Assembly: GCA_000999095.1 (NCBI GenBank)
Contig: LCFP01000006.1
Span: 1,823 to 65,822 of the forward strand
Direction of reading: 5' to 3'
DNA from: Candidatus Gottesmanbacteria bacterium GW2011_GWA2_43_14
GTDB taxonomy: Bacteria > Patescibacteriota > Microgenomatia > 2-02-FULL-39-11
DNA: 64,000 bases
The translations under genes and the position numbers were made by a program. The notes below the pieces were generated by a model that made no database searches, was not told where the DNA came from, and saw nothing but the letters and a program-made list of their open reading frames with translations. This document shows, piece by piece, positions 8,939 through 18,007 of this stretch (positions are counted from its first letter, which is position 1; each line of letters opens with the position of its first letter).

Positions 8939-10201
8939 ATGAAACAGAAGCTTGTTGTTATTGCTTCGGTAGTTCTCCTAATTCTGCTGTCTGCCGCAGT
9001 CTTTTATAAATCGAAAAAACCTGTCGAGAGCATGCTTTGCGGAGCAGTTTCCTGTGAAAACGGCTGCTGCGTCAAAGGAAAATGCATTCCTAAAGGACTT
9101 GAAATAGCCGGTTATACCTGCCGTGAAAATAATACCTGGCAGACGCCTGAGGGTAAAATCGAAACAAAACTTCCGGAGGCTGTTTCCATTGCTGTCGGCC
9201 AGGCTCTCGAAGTTCCTGGTTTATTATCTTCTGAAAAAGCCCGTGAAATCGCCCAAAATATAGTCAGTTGGCTGGACGGCATGAAAAATGACAAGGGACA
9301 GTATTTTGCAAACGAAAACTGTGCTTCTGACGGCTTATGCCAGACTTCATCCACCATAGACAAACAAAGAGGAATTATCACAGTCTGGTCCAGATACCGC
9401 AATTATTTAGGCAGCCGAAATGCCCCCGAGATGGACTTGATTGATGCCGAACTGGCTACTTTGACTACTCCGGGAGTAGGCTCTCCGGCACAAAATGACT
9501 ATCTGAACTGTACTTTGATGTATGAACTCCATAAAAGCAATGTTTTTACACCTCAGCAAAAAAATAAAATTACTTCTATATGCAATGACAGTATATTCTA
9601 CGGGGAGGAGATGAATAACTACAACCAACGCTCCAAGTCCGATGAAGCATATTCAGCTGAACCTGCAGTCGAGCTTTTCCTGGAAGGCAAACCTGTAAAT
9701 ACAGGACTTAATGCAAATCCTGACAAGATGATTAAGTATTCATCGTATACGGCGGATATGGCCACTCTTTATATCTGGACCAAAGAAGCAAAAGCTTTGG
9801 AACTTGGCAAATATTTTTTCAATCTAGCCCTCGAGACGAAAAGCCAAGAACTTGAAAATACCGATGACTCTCTACTGGGCCTGGCTGCCTATAAGTTTTA
9901 TGAAGCAACCGGCGAGCAGAAATACCTGGAAGCATCCGGAAAGTTTATGGAAGAAAAATCAACCGGTTTAAAATGCTCAAATTTTGTCTATTGCGTCAAT
10001 TATTTGTATTTCCTCGACTATTATTCGGACAAAACAGATGATCCGGAGATCAAACTGAAGTCGGAAGAACTGTTTGCCATGCTGATGGCAAATTTTTATG
10101 ATTCCGGTAAAAATCTCTTTTATTATAAAAACGAAAACGGGATAAATTATTATCCGGTTGCTCAAAACAGCATCTTATCCGGAATTTTGGCAAATTATTA
10201 G
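8939..10201 (+). CDS. Membrane-anchored protein with Cys-rich N-module and probable (alpha/alpha)-barrel domain
   Basis: TM helix, CGAVSCENGCCVKGKC..G..IAGYTC...W.TP module; LLGLAAYKFYEATGEQKYLEAS-type helices typical of six-hairpin barrels. Confidence 0.6.
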   Translation: MKQKLVVIASVVLLILLSAAVFYKSKKPVESMLCGAVSCENGCCVKGKCIPKGLEIAGYTCRENNTWQTPEGKIETKLPEAVSIAVGQALEVPGLLSSEKAREIAQNIVSWLDGMKNDKGQYFANENCASDGLCQTSSTIDKQRGIITVWSRYRNYLGSRNAPEMDLIDAELATLTTPGVGSPAQNDYLNCTLMYELHKSNVFTPQQKNKITSICNDSIFYGEEMNNYNQRSKSDEAYSAEPAVELFLEGKPVNTGLNANPDKMIKYSSYTADMATLYIWTKEAKALELGKYFFNLALETKSQELENTDDSLLGLAAYKFYEATGEQKYLEASGKFMEEKSTGLKCSNFVYCVNYLYFLDYYSDKTDDPEIKLKSEELFAMLMANFYDSGKNLFYYKNENGINYYPVAQNSILSGILANY

Positions 10202-10211
10202 TCATTAATAG

Positions 10212-12545
10212 ATGAAATTTAAATTTATTCTCAGCCTTTTTTTTCTATTTCTCACTCTTTTTTCTGTTGTCAGTATTATTGACAATTCAACATATGCTGT
10301 AGGATATGGTTGTCCGGCCGGTTGGGGTTGCAGCGGATGCAGCAGCGGATGCACCGGGGAGGCTTGTACCCAAGCAAATTGCTGCTATGCTAATAATCCT
10401 AATAATCCTGACGGAACTAAAAAAACTCCTCCTCCAGCCTGTTTGTCATATTGTCAGGCTGAATGTTTCGGTTTGTGGGAAGATTCCTGCGGCCCGGGTA
10501 AAAAAATCACAGATGAAGAAACCTTTAACTGCGGAGCCTGCGACAATGACGTAACCTGTTACAAATGCGGGCCTGATGACGAGGATGAACCTGGAGGTCC
10601 TACCAGTCCGCCGCCTCCGCCTCCTTCCAATACCCCTGTCCCGCCGCCGCCGACTAAAACACCGACGCCTGCGTCTCCGACAAATACTCCTACCAAAACA
10701 CCGACACCGACAATAACTCCTATACCGCGACCGGGCCTTTGCGAAAGTGAAACCATAGAGAAGTCGACAGTGTTTCCCGGTGACGGCTTTATTTTAAGTT
10801 CTGAAGCGGCTGAGGATGTTCCCCAATTTTATTATGCGTTTTATAACCTGGATAACCTTTACGGACCCGGCAACCCCAAACCTTTCTGTGTCAAAAATGT
10901 GGGGGACAATACCACTCCGTCAAGCAATTGTCCTGCCGGATCATCCCATCTGATATATAAAGACCCCGATACTTCTCCCAGGAATGTCGGTGCAGTCACT
11001 TTGTTTTATGAAGGTGTTTTTGTGGAAGACTGGGCAAACATAAATAAGGTACCCAGTAAAGTATCCATAAATGCGTACTTTATAGACAGCGAAGGCAGAC
11101 TATCAGCTTCAGACCCGGATTGTGTCGTTACTTTAAATAAAGGGACAGGCCCTCCGCCGCCACCCGGAACGCCGCCATACGGAACGCCGCCACCCGGACC
11201 CGGAACCCCCGGTTATACTCCGCCCCCGGGACCAGGAACGCCTCCATACGGAACGCCTCCTCCAGGAGGACCTGCCTGTAACCAACCATGCAATCCCTAC
11301 CAGCCATTCGACTGTCCTGAGGATTGCCCGTCATGTCCTTTTGTCAATCCCAAATGTGTGCCCGATAAACTTCCTCCCGGAGGACCCCAGTGCGGCGAGC
11401 CCTGCAATCCCGACAAGCCCAATGAATGTCCTGACGATTGTCCTTTCTGTCCTGATGCCAATCCGATCTGTGTCAGCGATGATGACTTCCCACCGTCTCC
11501 CACACCCGGAGCGCCGGGATGCGGCGAGCCGTGTAATCCGGATGAGGCATTTGATTGTCCTGATGAATGTCCGTCCTGTCCGACGGACAATCCGATCTGT
11601 GTGCCTGACAAACCGCCGCTCGGCGGCCCTCAGTGCGGCGAGCCCTGCAATCCGGACCAGCCCAGCGACTGCCCGGATGATTGCCCGTTCTGCCCGGTTA
11701 CTAACCCGATTTGCGTAGAAGATGATGATATTGCTCCGACTCCAACAGGAGCTCCTTCCTGCGGAGAACCATGCAGTCCTGAAACGCCGTATGACTGTCC
11801 TGAGGATTGCCCGTCATGTCCTGAAGTCAATCCTGAATGCGTGCCTGCTGAATCGCCTCCCGGAGGACCTCAGTGCGGCGAGCCCTGCAATCCGGACCAG
11901 CCCAATGAATGCCCTGACGAATGTCCTTTCTGTCCTGATGCCAATCCCCAATGCGATACTGAAGAAGAACCGCGCGGACCGACACCGCCTGCAGCCTGTG
12001 ACTGCGACAGCGTAACTTATGCCGGCAATTTCATCAGCGGACAGACCGTCACCGTAACCACCTTTGCCGTTTCCTTATTCCCGGATACAACCGAAGTCCG
12101 GACCATGACTTACCATGTGGAAAAAGACGGTGTGGAAATAGGTCTTTCCGATCCGGTCCCGGCAGAGGAGATATCCGGCTCAAACGGCCGCTACCAGACA
12201 CAGTGGGATTTCATTGTACCTGAAGGAGAGGATGCCGCAGGCCATTACCGCATCTGGGTAAAAATCATCTGCGGACGGATCACAGCCTCTGTCCTGGGCA
12301 CTGAAACGCCCCAAAAAACAACGTTCCTGGACAACCTGGTCAATTTCCTGTCCAACATATTTTTCTTAAACAAAAGAAACAGTTTACAGCCTCTGGCTGT
12401 AGCAACACCTACAGGCATTCCCGATTTCGGCAAGAGCAAACCGACAGTCCTGGCCCCGACAGCCAAATCGCTGCAGCTGGGGACTTTCCATCCGGTAACC
12501 AACCTTAAAGTGGGATGCAAGGAAATCAGCTTCGATATCCTCTGA
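10212..12545 (+). CDS. Large secreted Cys/Pro-rich repeat protein
   Basis: Signal peptide, Cys-rich N-terminus, PT linker, GTPPY/PPPG repeats, six 6-Cys repeats, C-terminal domain shared with 7837..8898. Confidence 0.8.
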   Translation: MKFKFILSLFFLFLTLFSVVSIIDNSTYAVGYGCPAGWGCSGCSSGCTGEACTQANCCYANNPNNPDGTKKTPPPACLSYCQAECFGLWEDSCGPGKKITDEETFNCGACDNDVTCYKCGPDDEDEPGGPTSPPPPPPSNTPVPPPPTKTPTPASPTNTPTKTPTPTITPIPRPGLCESETIEKSTVFPGDGFILSSEAAEDVPQFYYAFYNLDNLYGPGNPKPFCVKNVGDNTTPSSNCPAGSSHLIYKDPDTSPRNVGAVTLFYEGVFVEDWANINKVPSKVSINAYFIDSEGRLSASDPDCVVTLNKGTGPPPPPGTPPYGTPPPGPGTPGYTPPPGPGTPPYGTPPPGGPACNQPCNPYQPFDCPEDCPSCPFVNPKCVPDKLPPGGPQCGEPCNPDKPNECPDDCPFCPDANPICVSDDDFPPSPTPGAPGCGEPCNPDEAFDCPDECPSCPTDNPICVPDKPPLGGPQCGEPCNPDQPSDCPDDCPFCPVTNPICVEDDDIAPTPTGAPSCGEPCSPETPYDCPEDCPSCPEVNPECVPAESPPGGPQCGEPCNPDQPNECPDECPFCPDANPQCDTEEEPRGPTPPAACDCDSVTYAGNFISGQTVTVTTFAVSLFPDTTEVRTMTYHVEKDGVEIGLSDPVPAEEISGSNGRYQTQWDFIVPEGEDAAGHYRIWVKIICGRITASVLGTETPQKTTFLDNLVNFLSNIFFLNKRNSLQPLAVATPTGIPDFGKSKPTVLAPTAKSLQLGTFHPVTNLKVGCKEISFDIL
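11265..11954 (+). repeat. Six tandem coding repeats C-x3-C-x7-C-x3-C-x2-C-x6-C arranged as (AB)3
   Basis: Example unit CGEPCNPDKPNECPDDCPFCPDANPICV; units alternate CPSC and CPFC types; repeats also visible in the DNA (cagtgcggcgagccctgcaatcc). Confidence 0.9.
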
Positions 12546-12557
12546 ATGAGTAGGATT

Positions 12558-13202
12558 TTATTCTACTTTTATGCGATCAAAAGGAACACCCGTTTTGGTA
12601 TTGTTGATACCCAGGAACATGCGAAGTCCGCCGAACCCGGCATTTTTATAGCCGCTGATCAGCCTTTTCGGATCGATAAACGGTGATAATGTAGCCCAGC
12701 CGGAGTCAGGCAATTGCATTACGAGATAATTCTCAATATCTGATATGGGAATTTTTATTCTCAGGAAATATAATTTCGACCCTTCGGGCATTTCAGGATG
12801 GTTAATTATATCGAGAAGTTTTCCTGAGTTGAGAGTCAAGGTATCTCTCTTGACCGGTTTTTGGGAATCTGAAATTAAGAAGGATTCCTGACCGTTCAGA
12901 TATCGGACATCGCCGTTTTTGATAATATATGCCTTGGGAAAATTCCCTAACCACATGACAGCTTTATCAGTGGCAGACCCGTTGGGTCCGATTATCATGC
13001 TTAAATCACGCTTTAGTCCTTCATGCACTATAATTCCATCTCCAGTCAGCCATATGCCGCCTCTCAGGTTACCCAAATCCAAATTATGGAAGTAAAGATC
13101 AGGATAAACAGCCCTCAGAATGGTTCGGCCATGGGTAACTCTGATCCCTAATTTTTCTGGACTTAAATGAGAGTCAGGAATATTCTGTTCCAGATTTTTC
13201 AT
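12558..13202 (-). CDS. Hypothetical protein
   Basis: ORF from ATG 13202 (MKNLEQ...) fills the gap with no overlap; no motif recognised. Confidence 0.55.
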   Translation of the reverse strand: MKNLEQNIPDSHLSPEKLGIRVTHGRTILRAVYPDLYFHNLDLGNLRGGIWLTGDGIIVHEGLKRDLSMIIGPNGSATDKAVMWLGNFPKAYIIKNGDVRYLNGQESFLISDSQKPVKRDTLTLNSGKLLDIINHPEMPEGSKLYFLRIKIPISDIENYLVMQLPDSGWATLSPFIDPKRLISGYKNAGFGGLRMFLGINNTKTGVPFDRIKVE

Positions 13203-13224
13203 AGGTATATGAAAATTCGCAGAA

Positions 13225-13560
13225 TTAACGGATAAGGATATTGAGCAGGGTTGAAATGACAGTGATGACAATTGAGGCCAGAATGGCTGTGCCGAAATTT
13301 TCAATCTGGAAACCGGAAACAAGTCTGGAAGCAATCAAAAGGAGTATGGCATTGATAACAAACATGAAAAGTCCAAGCGTAAGTATTGTGGCGGGCAAAG
13401 TGAGAATGATCAAAACAGGCTTAAGTATCAGATTAAGGAGGGCAAGAATAAGGGCTACAATAACAGCTGTCACATAATCCGTGATCTTGAAACCTGGTAC
13501 AACGGAGGCGGTCAGGAGGAGGACCAAGGCACGGATAAGCAGATCAACCAGAAATCTCAT
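13225..13560 (-). CDS. YvlD/DUF360 4-TM membrane protein (phage holin superfamily IV-like)
   Basis: VPGF.I, LN.ILKP.L.ILTLP..ILTLGLF.FVINA.LL pattern. Confidence 0.85.
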   Translation of the reverse strand: MRFLVDLLIRALVLLLTASVVPGFKITDYVTAVIVALILALLNLILKPVLIILTLPATILTLGLFMFVINAILLLIASRLVSGFQIENFGTAILASIVITVISTLLNILIR

Positions 13561-13625
13561 AATGAAATTATATCATTGACGAACCCGCGTTGCATAACCG
13601 TGATTCATATTTTAATATTTCTTGT

Positions 13626-15047
13626 ATGACAGCTACCAATATTAAGTCTCTTTTACTGCTTTTATTGATTATTTTTATGGGAGTTGTGTTAAGGTTTTAC
13701 CGGATAAATACTCTGGCCACCTTCAGGAGCGACCAGGCGATTGAACTGAATGGAGCCTATGAGATATCCCGGGGCAAGTTTTCCCTGATAGGGATAAAGA
13801 CTTCGAATTCCGAGATTCGCAACGGTGCGGTCATGTATTATTTGACTGTCCCTTTTCTCCTTTTGTTTGAAAACCATCCGCTGGCCGGCAGTGTTTTGCA
13901 GACAATGCTTTCATTGGCTACTGCAGCCGTGCTCTATTTACTCCTGGGTAAGGAGAATAAAAGAACTGCTTTGACCGCGGCCTTTCTGGTTGCTGCCTCT
14001 GCCCTCCTGGTCCGTTTTTCCCGGCAAACCATGCTGGCTTTCTATCCATTGTTTTTCTCAGGCTTTGCTTTATGGCTTTTTTCCAAACTGAATGAAAAAT
14101 TCGACAAAAAATCAGTCTTTGCTCTGGGGTTAATCCTGGGGTTCATGCTGCAAATCCATTACAGTACTTTTACGGTGGTTTTATCAGCTTTGCTTTTTCC
14201 CTTTCTGTTTTTACGAAAATATCTGAAAAACTATTTCCTGCTGATAGTACCGGGTTTTCTCATTGGTTTTTTGCCGATGCTGGTTTTTGAGTTGCGGCAT
14301 GAATTTTTCAACACCAAAATGTTATGGGCTTTCGTATCGTCTTCAAGTTCTGCTCCAATGGCTTCTTTCAATCACTTTGTTTACTGGCAAAAAGTCGTGG
14401 CCGGCTTCTTTTTCGGGGAAAATTTTGTTTTTGCAGGAATATTCATCATATGTCTGCTTCTTTGGCTGACCCGGCGAAGATCTGCTTTAAAACAGATTGA
14501 AAAGATATCACTTCTTGCTATTGCTTCAAATGTCCTTTTCGGTTTGGTATTTGTCAAAACATATACGCCTCATTACGCAGTAGCAGCGGTGCCCGCTTTG
14601 GTAGCCATGACGGCCATATTTATCACCGGGGTTGCCGGACGCCTTGCACCTCTGTTACTGGCAATCTTTTTTTTAATAAATTTTCCCGGTTACGGTTTTT
14701 CCGACAATCACGGCTGGACCATGGCTGACGGCTGGAACCAGTCCGGTATTGAAAAAGCTGCTGACACAATTTATGAAGACGCCCTAAACGGGCAATTCAA
14801 TGTAGCCATGTTGGTAGATGCGGAAAATCAGGGATGGCCGCTCCGATATTTTCTTAAAATCCGCGGGAAAGAACCGCAGGCTGCCGATAAATACGACCGG
14901 GCGGAAACCCTTTACCTGGTTTCTGAGCCGGGGATCGACCTGGATAATATTAAGATGTGGGAATTAACTTCGTTTGGAGCCTATACGATCGGCAATCAAT
15001 GGGAGATCCAAAACGGCTATGTCCTATATAAACTGCAGAAAATTTAA
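13626..15047 (+). CDS. GT-C fold glycosyltransferase (ArnT/PMT, GT39-like)
   Basis: LRFYRI...F.SDQA, many TM helices, QIHYS, FELRHEF; ATG at 13626 preferred. Confidence 0.75.
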   Translation: MTATNIKSLLLLLLIIFMGVVLRFYRINTLATFRSDQAIELNGAYEISRGKFSLIGIKTSNSEIRNGAVMYYLTVPFLLLFENHPLAGSVLQTMLSLATAAVLYLLLGKENKRTALTAAFLVAASALLVRFSRQTMLAFYPLFFSGFALWLFSKLNEKFDKKSVFALGLILGFMLQIHYSTFTVVLSALLFPFLFLRKYLKNYFLLIVPGFLIGFLPMLVFELRHEFFNTKMLWAFVSSSSSAPMASFNHFVYWQKVVAGFFFGENFVFAGIFIICLLLWLTRRRSALKQIEKISLLAIASNVLFGLVFVKTYTPHYAVAAVPALVAMTAIFITGVAGRLAPLLLAIFFLINFPGYGFSDNHGWTMADGWNQSGIEKAADTIYEDALNGQFNVAMLVDAENQGWPLRYFLKIRGKEPQAADKYDRAETLYLVSEPGIDLDNIKMWELTSFGAYTIGNQWEIQNGYVLYKLQKI

Positions 15048-15054
15048 CTGTTCT

Positions 15055-15612
15055 TCAGTTTCTGATAATAAAAAAAGCTAACAGAAAATAAATTACCAGG
15101 CTCAATGTGTCCTGGATGACGGTCGAGAAGGGACCGGCACCGAGAGCAGGGTCGGAATGCTTTTTATAAAGAACCTCCGGGATGACCACGGCTATTGTCG
15201 GTGCAATCAGAATATTGACAAACATTGCCCACCCAACGGTCATAGCAACGGGAACCGATTTCAGCCAGAGGTAAGCCGCTCCCGCGATGCTTACCCCTAA
15301 AATAATTCCCATAAATAAGCCGATCTGAAATTCCATCAGAAGATACTTTTTCAAATCCAGCTTGCCCATTTGGAGCTTGCGGACAAAAATAGTTTCACTT
15401 TGCGTGCCGACCGCATCACTCATGTAAACAATCATCGGCAGGAAAAAAGCGAGGCTGATATTTTTTGAAATAACTTCTTCAAACCGGGAAACAAATATTG
15501 TTGAGAAAAAAGCAATCAGAAGACCTAAAAGTAGCCAGGGGAGCCGGAGGCGGATCAGATGGGGCAGGTGGTCAAGAATTTCATCGATTAATACCGGTTT
15601 CACGCTTTTCAT
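15055..15612 (-). CDS. MgtE integral-membrane-domain magnesium transporter
   Basis: RLPWLL, GTQS.T..VR, DPALGAGPFST..QD. Confidence 0.85.
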   Translation of the reverse strand: MKSVKPVLIDEILDHLPHLIRLRLPWLLLGLLIAFFSTIFVSRFEEVISKNISLAFFLPMIVYMSDAVGTQSETIFVRKLQMGKLDLKKYLLMEFQIGLFMGIILGVSIAGAAYLWLKSVPVAMTVGWAMFVNILIAPTIAVVIPEVLYKKHSDPALGAGPFSTVIQDTLSLVIYFLLAFFIIRN

Positions 15613-15636
15613 AATGATTCACCTGAAGGAGTAGCC

Positions 15637-16671
15637 TTAAATCCACTTTTTGATCTTGAAGTAGGCGATCATAATGAGAACTACTCCGATCATGGAAAGG
15701 GTGATATAAAATAACGCCAATGGATGGCCGGCGAAGGGCAAAACATCCAGATTCATGCCGTAAATGCCCGAAAGCAGGGTTAAAGGCATGAGGATGACGG
15801 AAAACATGGTCAGGATCTTGATGGTTTCATTGGTTTTAAACGAGAGATAGCTTTCAAAAGTCTGGGAGAGGTTGTTGGAAAGTTCGATGACGTCTTCCAG
15901 ACGGTCCCAGATTTTTTTCAAATGGTCGGTAATATTGGAGAAATAGGTTTTCAGCTCCTCATTGATTAACGGGTGTCCGCTTTCCTCAATAGAGGCAAAA
16001 GAATTCAATTCCGGTTTGATAAGGCTCTGGAAAAAAATGACGTTTCTTCTGAGAAATGACAATTGAATGGTGACATTTTTAGGGTCATCGGCAAAAACTT
16101 CCCGGTCGATTTTTTCGATACCACGTTCAAAGAGGTCAATCAGGGGAAAAATCGAATCAACCAGATTATCGAGAATGCGGTAGAGGAGCATGCCGGGACC
16201 GCCGTTAAAATATTTTTCTTTTTCCTCTTTATTGACTGAAATATTGTGGATAATTTCTTCGATTGCCTGGAAATTGGGATCAATGACAGTCAGAAGATCA
16301 TTTTTTGTCAGGAAGAAATCGACTTCCAGAGAATTGACCCTGTTGGTTTCAGGATTGTACTGGGGGAAATGGAAGACAAAGAAAATATAGTCCTCTTCTT
16401 CATCGATTTTCGGCCTTTGGACAGTCGAGACAATGTCTTCCAAATGGATCGGGTGGATGTCGTAAATTCTTTTCAGATGCCGGATATTCTCTTCATTGGG
16501 GTTTCTTAGAATTATCAGATTGGAGGAGCCCTGGCGTATTTTCTGGATCGGGGGCAAAGTTTTACCGTTGCCGTTCTGTTTTTTACGCATGGAAGAAATA
16601 ATTTCAATGCCCTTGGTGACGGGGAGAGTCGGATTGGTAAATATTTTCAGCAATTTATGATGTTCGATCAC
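15637..16671 (-). CDS. corA: CorA family Mg2+ transporter
   Basis: HPIHLED, QRPKI, NETIKILT, YGMN signature, terminal KKWI. Confidence 0.9.
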   Translation of the reverse strand: MIEHHKLLKIFTNPTLPVTKGIEIISSMRKKQNGNGKTLPPIQKIRQGSSNLIILRNPNEENIRHLKRIYDIHPIHLEDIVSTVQRPKIDEEEDYIFFVFHFPQYNPETNRVNSLEVDFFLTKNDLLTVIDPNFQAIEEIIHNISVNKEEKEKYFNGGPGMLLYRILDNLVDSIFPLIDLFERGIEKIDREVFADDPKNVTIQLSFLRRNVIFFQSLIKPELNSFASIEESGHPLINEELKTYFSNITDHLKKIWDRLEDVIELSNNLSQTFESYLSFKTNETIKILTMFSVILMPLTLLSGIYGMNLDVLPFAGHPLALFYITLSMIGVVLIMIAYFKIKKWI

Positions 16672-16778
16672 GATATGTCAATTTTAGTTCCGTAAAAGTG
16701 TCAAGGTCAAGTGAGATAATGACTTAAATTTATGTAGTAAGGTGATCATATAGTAAAATATGAGGTCCTGCCACGGGA

Positions 16779-17951
16779 ATGGATAATTTAAAAAAAGCTT
16801 TACTGATCTTCTTAACCGTTAATTTATGCCTCTATTTATTTATGTGGCAATTTCACTGGCTGGTGCCGTTTAATCAAAATTTATACATCAACAGTTCACA
16901 TCATTATCTGACTGACGAGCGGATCCTGTCGGGAAATTATAATTTTTTGAGAGCTTTGGGACAATATGACGCCCAATGGTATTTGAAGATTGCCGACAAT
17001 GGTTATCCGCCGAACCCCCAGACTGTTGAAATGGAGAATAAGACTGTGATGGACGGCTTGACGTATGCGTTTTTCCCTCTTTACCCTCTATTGATCTCCA
17101 TTCTCAATATGGGCATCAATAACGTTGAGCTGGCTGCTTTTATCCTGGGGCAGATCCTGGCTACGGCTGCGTTTTGCAGCCTTTATTTTGTCGTCAGCCG
17201 GATCTACGGTGAAAAAATTGCCTTTCGGACATCCCTCCTGCTATTTCTTTTTCCCTTCAGTATCTTTTTCCGCAGCTATTATACGGAGAGCCTTTTTTTG
17301 ATGATTTTAGTCTGGTACGGATATTTTCTGGTCAAAAAACAATGGTGGGGAGTGGCGGTGGCAAATGCCCTCATGATGGTGACCCGGCCGACCGGATTGT
17401 TTCTGGTGCCTGTAACAACCGTATTTCTTATTGCCGACTGTCTGAAGAATAAAACCAAGCTGAAGGAGATGATAATAGTTCCTCTGATTACCGGATTGCC
17501 ATTTATCAGCTGGATGATATTTAATTTCAAATCAACCGGTGATCCCTTTTATTGGAAAAACGTCCAAAGTTCGTGGTATTTGACTTCATCTCCTTTGGTT
17601 ATCATCAAAGTTAATTTATATCTTCTGAAAAACTTTTTCGCCCTGCCATTCCACAGTTTTCATACATCAAGGGTTGATATTTTGGCAGTTATGTACGTAG
17701 GATTTATATTGATCGCCGGATTCCGGTTTCTAAAAAGGGAGTGGTGGCTGATGTCCCTTATGATGTGGCTGCCTCTTTTAATTCTCAAAGATACGATGTC
17801 TTTTTCCCGCTACCAGTCAGTCTCTTTTCCGTTGTTTGTCTATCTGGCCGGGAATATGAACAATAAATGGTTTACGGCCGTTTCTGTCATCCTCGGAGCC
17901 TTACTTTTCGCAACTTCACTCTATTTCATCAACTGGCACTGGATCGGCTAG
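16779..17951 (+). CDS. PIG-V-like mannosyltransferase family GT-C glycosyltransferase
   Basis: YDAQWYLKIADNGY, AFFPLYP, YTESLF, TRPTG, SRY; multi-TM. Confidence 0.8.
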   Translation: MDNLKKALLIFLTVNLCLYLFMWQFHWLVPFNQNLYINSSHHYLTDERILSGNYNFLRALGQYDAQWYLKIADNGYPPNPQTVEMENKTVMDGLTYAFFPLYPLLISILNMGINNVELAAFILGQILATAAFCSLYFVVSRIYGEKIAFRTSLLLFLFPFSIFFRSYYTESLFLMILVWYGYFLVKKQWWGVAVANALMMVTRPTGLFLVPVTTVFLIADCLKNKTKLKEMIIVPLITGLPFISWMIFNFKSTGDPFYWKNVQSSWYLTSSPLVIIKVNLYLLKNFFALPFHSFHTSRVDILAVMYVGFILIAGFRFLKREWWLMSLMMWLPLLILKDTMSFSRYQSVSFPLFVYLAGNMNNKWFTAVSVILGALLFATSLYFINWHWIG

Positions 17952-17967
17952 CAATAGGGTTTGAACC

Positions 17968-17996
17968 TTGAGATTTGAGGCTTTTTTCAGTATGAT
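17968..17996 (+). promoter_or_regulatory. Sigma70-type promoter TTGAGA-N17-TATGAT
   Basis: Consensus-like hexamers 11 nt upstream of the M16 peptidase ATG. Confidence 0.5.
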
Positions 17997-18007
17997 GTTC
18001 TATCATT

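Noticed and set aside
13225-13560. Holin-like gene as evidence of a prophage
   Set aside because: YvlD/DUF360 proteins are common chromosomal membrane proteins; no phage structural, terminase or integrase genes are nearby.
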